This document shows, piece by piece, positions 61,517-64,000 of a stretch of DNA of 64,000 nucleotides; position 1 is the first letter of the stretch; every line of letters begins with the position of its first letter. The notes under the pieces are model-generated. The model made no database searches. It was not told the DNA's origin and saw nothing but the letters and a program-made list of their open reading frames with translations. Position numbers and translations under genes: made by a program. The DNA comes from Dehalococcoidia bacterium (GTDB lineage Bacteria; Chloroflexota; Dehalococcoidia; Plut-88900). The DNA is taken from positions 704,001 to 768,000 of the forward strand of contig CBDBLV010000004.1 of NCBI GenBank assembly GCA_965207225.1. Reading direction: 5' to 3'.

Positions 61517-62845
61517 CTAGAAGGTTACAGAAGAAGGGATATTAGGGCGGCATAGCGCGCGCTTCGGTCGCACAGGAGGGTCCATTCCGGCGATTTTCGG
61601 GCCGATACGGTCTCATCTGCAGTCCTGAGAGCCCCGACCGGAGTCTGAGTGGCACACCTCGACCACGGAGCGTTAGCTGAAGATGGGCGCTTTGGTCTCC
61701 CGCTCAGCGCTCAGCCTCGACATCCTCACCAGGTTGTACGCCGTAGCCACCAACTCCGCGCACAGTCCGGTCCGCTACAATCCAACGTACCTGCTCCGAC
61801 GGAACCCTCCCACTGTCTTCATCCACCCGAAGATAGACTCCACCCGCTTTCGGACCTTCTGACTTGACCTGTACGCCTCTTGGCGCGTGGTTCGTCCGTC
61901 TATCGCGGACCACCTCCTCTTCTGGGAAATATGCGGAGTGATGTTGATCTCTCTGCGCTCGGCCACGAAGTCCTTCACGTCATAGCCCCTGTCCGTTTCC
62001 ACGCTCAGCCGACGACTGCCGGGTATTGACATCAGCATGTCCAGCGCGGCGTGCCTCTCAGCCATGCCGTTGGCCTCGGTCAGCCGAAAGTCGCTGACCA
62101 GCCCATGTCTGTTGTCCATAAGAGCATGGGCCATGAACACCAGCTTCGCCTCCTCGCCCACACCCTTCCTCATCAGTCTCGCATCGGGATCTGTCACGCT
62201 CCGGTGGCTGGAGTTGCTCAGCTTCTCGCCCCGAAAATCTCCGCTCGCCCCTCTCCATCGCCCCCGGAGTCGTCGTCATCGCGTCTTCTGAAGCTTCTGA
62301 TGGAGGCTGCGGCCTCGATGAACGTACCGTCCACGCTGAAATGCTCATCCGACATCAGTCCACGACGGTCCGCCTTGTGCGCCACCTCCTCGAGCAGCTT
62401 CCTTCCCACCTTGTAATCGAGCAGTCTTCTCATGTTCTTGGTGAACACGGTCGCGTCGAAGCTCGGCTCCATCAGATCCATGTCGAGGAACCAGCGATGG
62501 AGCAAGTTGTAGTCGAGCTCCTGGCAGAACGCTCTTTCACCCCTGATCGAGTACAGCGTGAGCAGCAGCAGAGACCTCAGCAGACGCTCGGGAGGGACCG
62601 CCTCCGATACTGGAGTACATTCGCTCCCACTCGTCTGACATGCGGTCGAGGGCGTCGTCTGTGACACGATTGATGATCCTGAGAGGATGGACCGGAGGGA
62701 CTCGCTCGTCGAGGTTGACGAAGGCGAGCATGGTGGACTGTGGATTGCGCCGGCCTCTCATGGGTCGTTCTCCTGGACTGTTGGTCTGGTGAGGGCGTTG
62801 TATCCCGCCAACCTGGAAGCGTGACTTCAGCAGTCCTTTCGCTAG
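61517..62845 (-). mobile_element. IS5-family element with frameshifted transposase (about 61704-62761)
   Basis: HPLRII, PPERLLR, HFSVDGT, TDPDARL, RKRVESIFGWMK; CTAG at both approximate ends. Confidence 0.82.
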
Positions 62846-62914
62846 CCTACAAATTAATGTGCAAAGCTGGTAGACGCCAAGATTAGGAATCCTCAATCGG
62901 ATCACTGACCACCT

Positions 62915-64000
62915 TCACCCCTTGTACTCCAATCTATATGTCGCAGGATATAAAATCAGTCTTTTTTGTTTCCCCATTTCCACCAACAGGCTGGCACGAA
63001 TCGAGATCGGAGCACCATTCGCATCTATCAATACTAACGAATACAACTCTGGAGTTTGTAGACAGAGCTCCCAGATGTCCGCACCCAAATGTAATGGTTC
63101 TTGCTGGATACAATGTTCTTTGGGCCAGTAATACTGCAAGATGTCCCCTTGGGCGGATCTGAGTTCCCAAGGGAAAGCATTCCCTGAAGTTTTCCCCAAT
63201 GATCTCCCATCCGCATGACCATATTTGCCGGTTCCGTTCGACGCGAATCCCTTCGCTTGCGCGAAGCGTTCAATAAGACTCTGCCGAGGGGGGCTGGCAG
63301 ATCGCCGTGACACGGGAACTTGTGGTTCATTGGCGCCGTTGTCTTCGTCAGCTAGTGGCGCGGATTCACCTACTCGCATATCATCTAAAGCCAGACCATC
63401 TCGTGGTAGGCCAGCAACCGCGCCCTGTTCTTCTCCAGTATCAGGCTGCACCTTCTGGGTATTCGAGCGGTCTAGTTCCTCTTCATCTACCGGCGGCGCA
63501 AGTTTGAAGTTGTCTTCTAGATACTCGTGAACGAAGTCCGTGGACCTGTCGTAGCAGAGCTTGATGGCTTCGGTGATCGCCTGCAGATTGAAAGCCTTAG
63601 CAATCTCTTGAGGTACTAATCTGGCCATCTTCGCGGCAGAACTCTCTTGCACATAGAGACGGTTGTCACGCCACAGTACATCAATCGAACGTGGCGTGCC
63701 GACAGGGGTTCCGTCAATATATGGCTCAGATTTCAGCCCCCGGGCAACTTGCCACCTAGTCTGGGACAGCCGGTGAGCTTGTTCACGAACGCGCTCCATT
63801 TGATTGGGGTCGTCCAAAATAATCCGTTGCAGCCCCGCGCCAAGCGCGATGAGCCAATCCCTTCCCTGGGGATTTGGAAGCCCCGATTGTCCCTGAAATC
63901 GTTCCTCGATTGCTCCGGCTAGTGTTGGGAGGGTCGAGAATGGGTGGCTCTGACATATCTCAGAAGAAAGCGACTGGAAGTCTGCAGTCTTGCCCTTGAC
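62915..64000 (-). CDS. C-terminal part of a large hypothetical protein (5' partial)
   Basis: Frame stays open from 62915 to the window end. Confidence 0.75.
   Translation of the reverse strand, partial: VKGKTADFQSLSSEICQSHPFSTLPTLAGAIEERFQGQSGLPNPQGRDWLIALGAGLQRIILDDPNQMERVREQAHRLSQTRWQVARGLKSEPYIDGTPVGTPRSIDVLWRDNRLYVQESSAAKMARLVPQEIAKAFNLQAITEAIKLCYDRSTDFVHEYLEDNFKLAPPVDEEELDRSNTQKVQPDTGEEQGAVAGLPRDGLALDDMRVGESAPLADEDNGANEPQVPVSRRSASPPRQSLIERFAQAKGFASNGTGKYGHADGRSLGKTSGNAFPWELRSAQGDILQYYWPKEHCIQQEPLHLGADIWELCLQTPELYSLVLIDANGAPISIRASLLVEMGKQKRLILYPATYRLEYKG

Overview
GC-rich accessory region with no housekeeping genes, rRNA, tRNA or CRISPR array seen. The gene families (Uma2, Calx-beta/cadherin/GLUG surface proteins, Replic_Relax, PinE-type serine recombinases) suggest a Chloroflexota (Dehalococcoidia/SAR202-like), possibly host-associated, genome; this is inference. 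The main structure is a 26,680-bp integrative conjugative element (ICE1, 5009-31694) with a minimal type IV secretion system (T4SS), a relaxase, two toxin-antitoxin pairs and large adhesins. It is bounded by a TGGTGG direct-repeat core and sits inside the palindromic att site at the 3' end of the serine recombinase gene of a mirror-image, decayed sister element (ICE2, about 31700-42750 and beyond). Excision on paper regenerates two different palindromic att sites and gives both recombinases short in-frame C-terminal tails. A third half-site with its own alternative tail lies at 3106-3160. Comparing the sister elements shows conserved non-coding elements: an oriT-like motif present once in ICE1 and up to four times in ICE2, and an attenuator-like RNA leader. 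The right part holds nucleases, surface proteins, IS remnants and a 3.36-kb IS6-family transposon carrying a methyltransferase-HNH gene interrupted at a G13 tract. Many single frameshifts or stops could be real decay or sequencing error. Family assignments are by motif recognition only; no searches were run.
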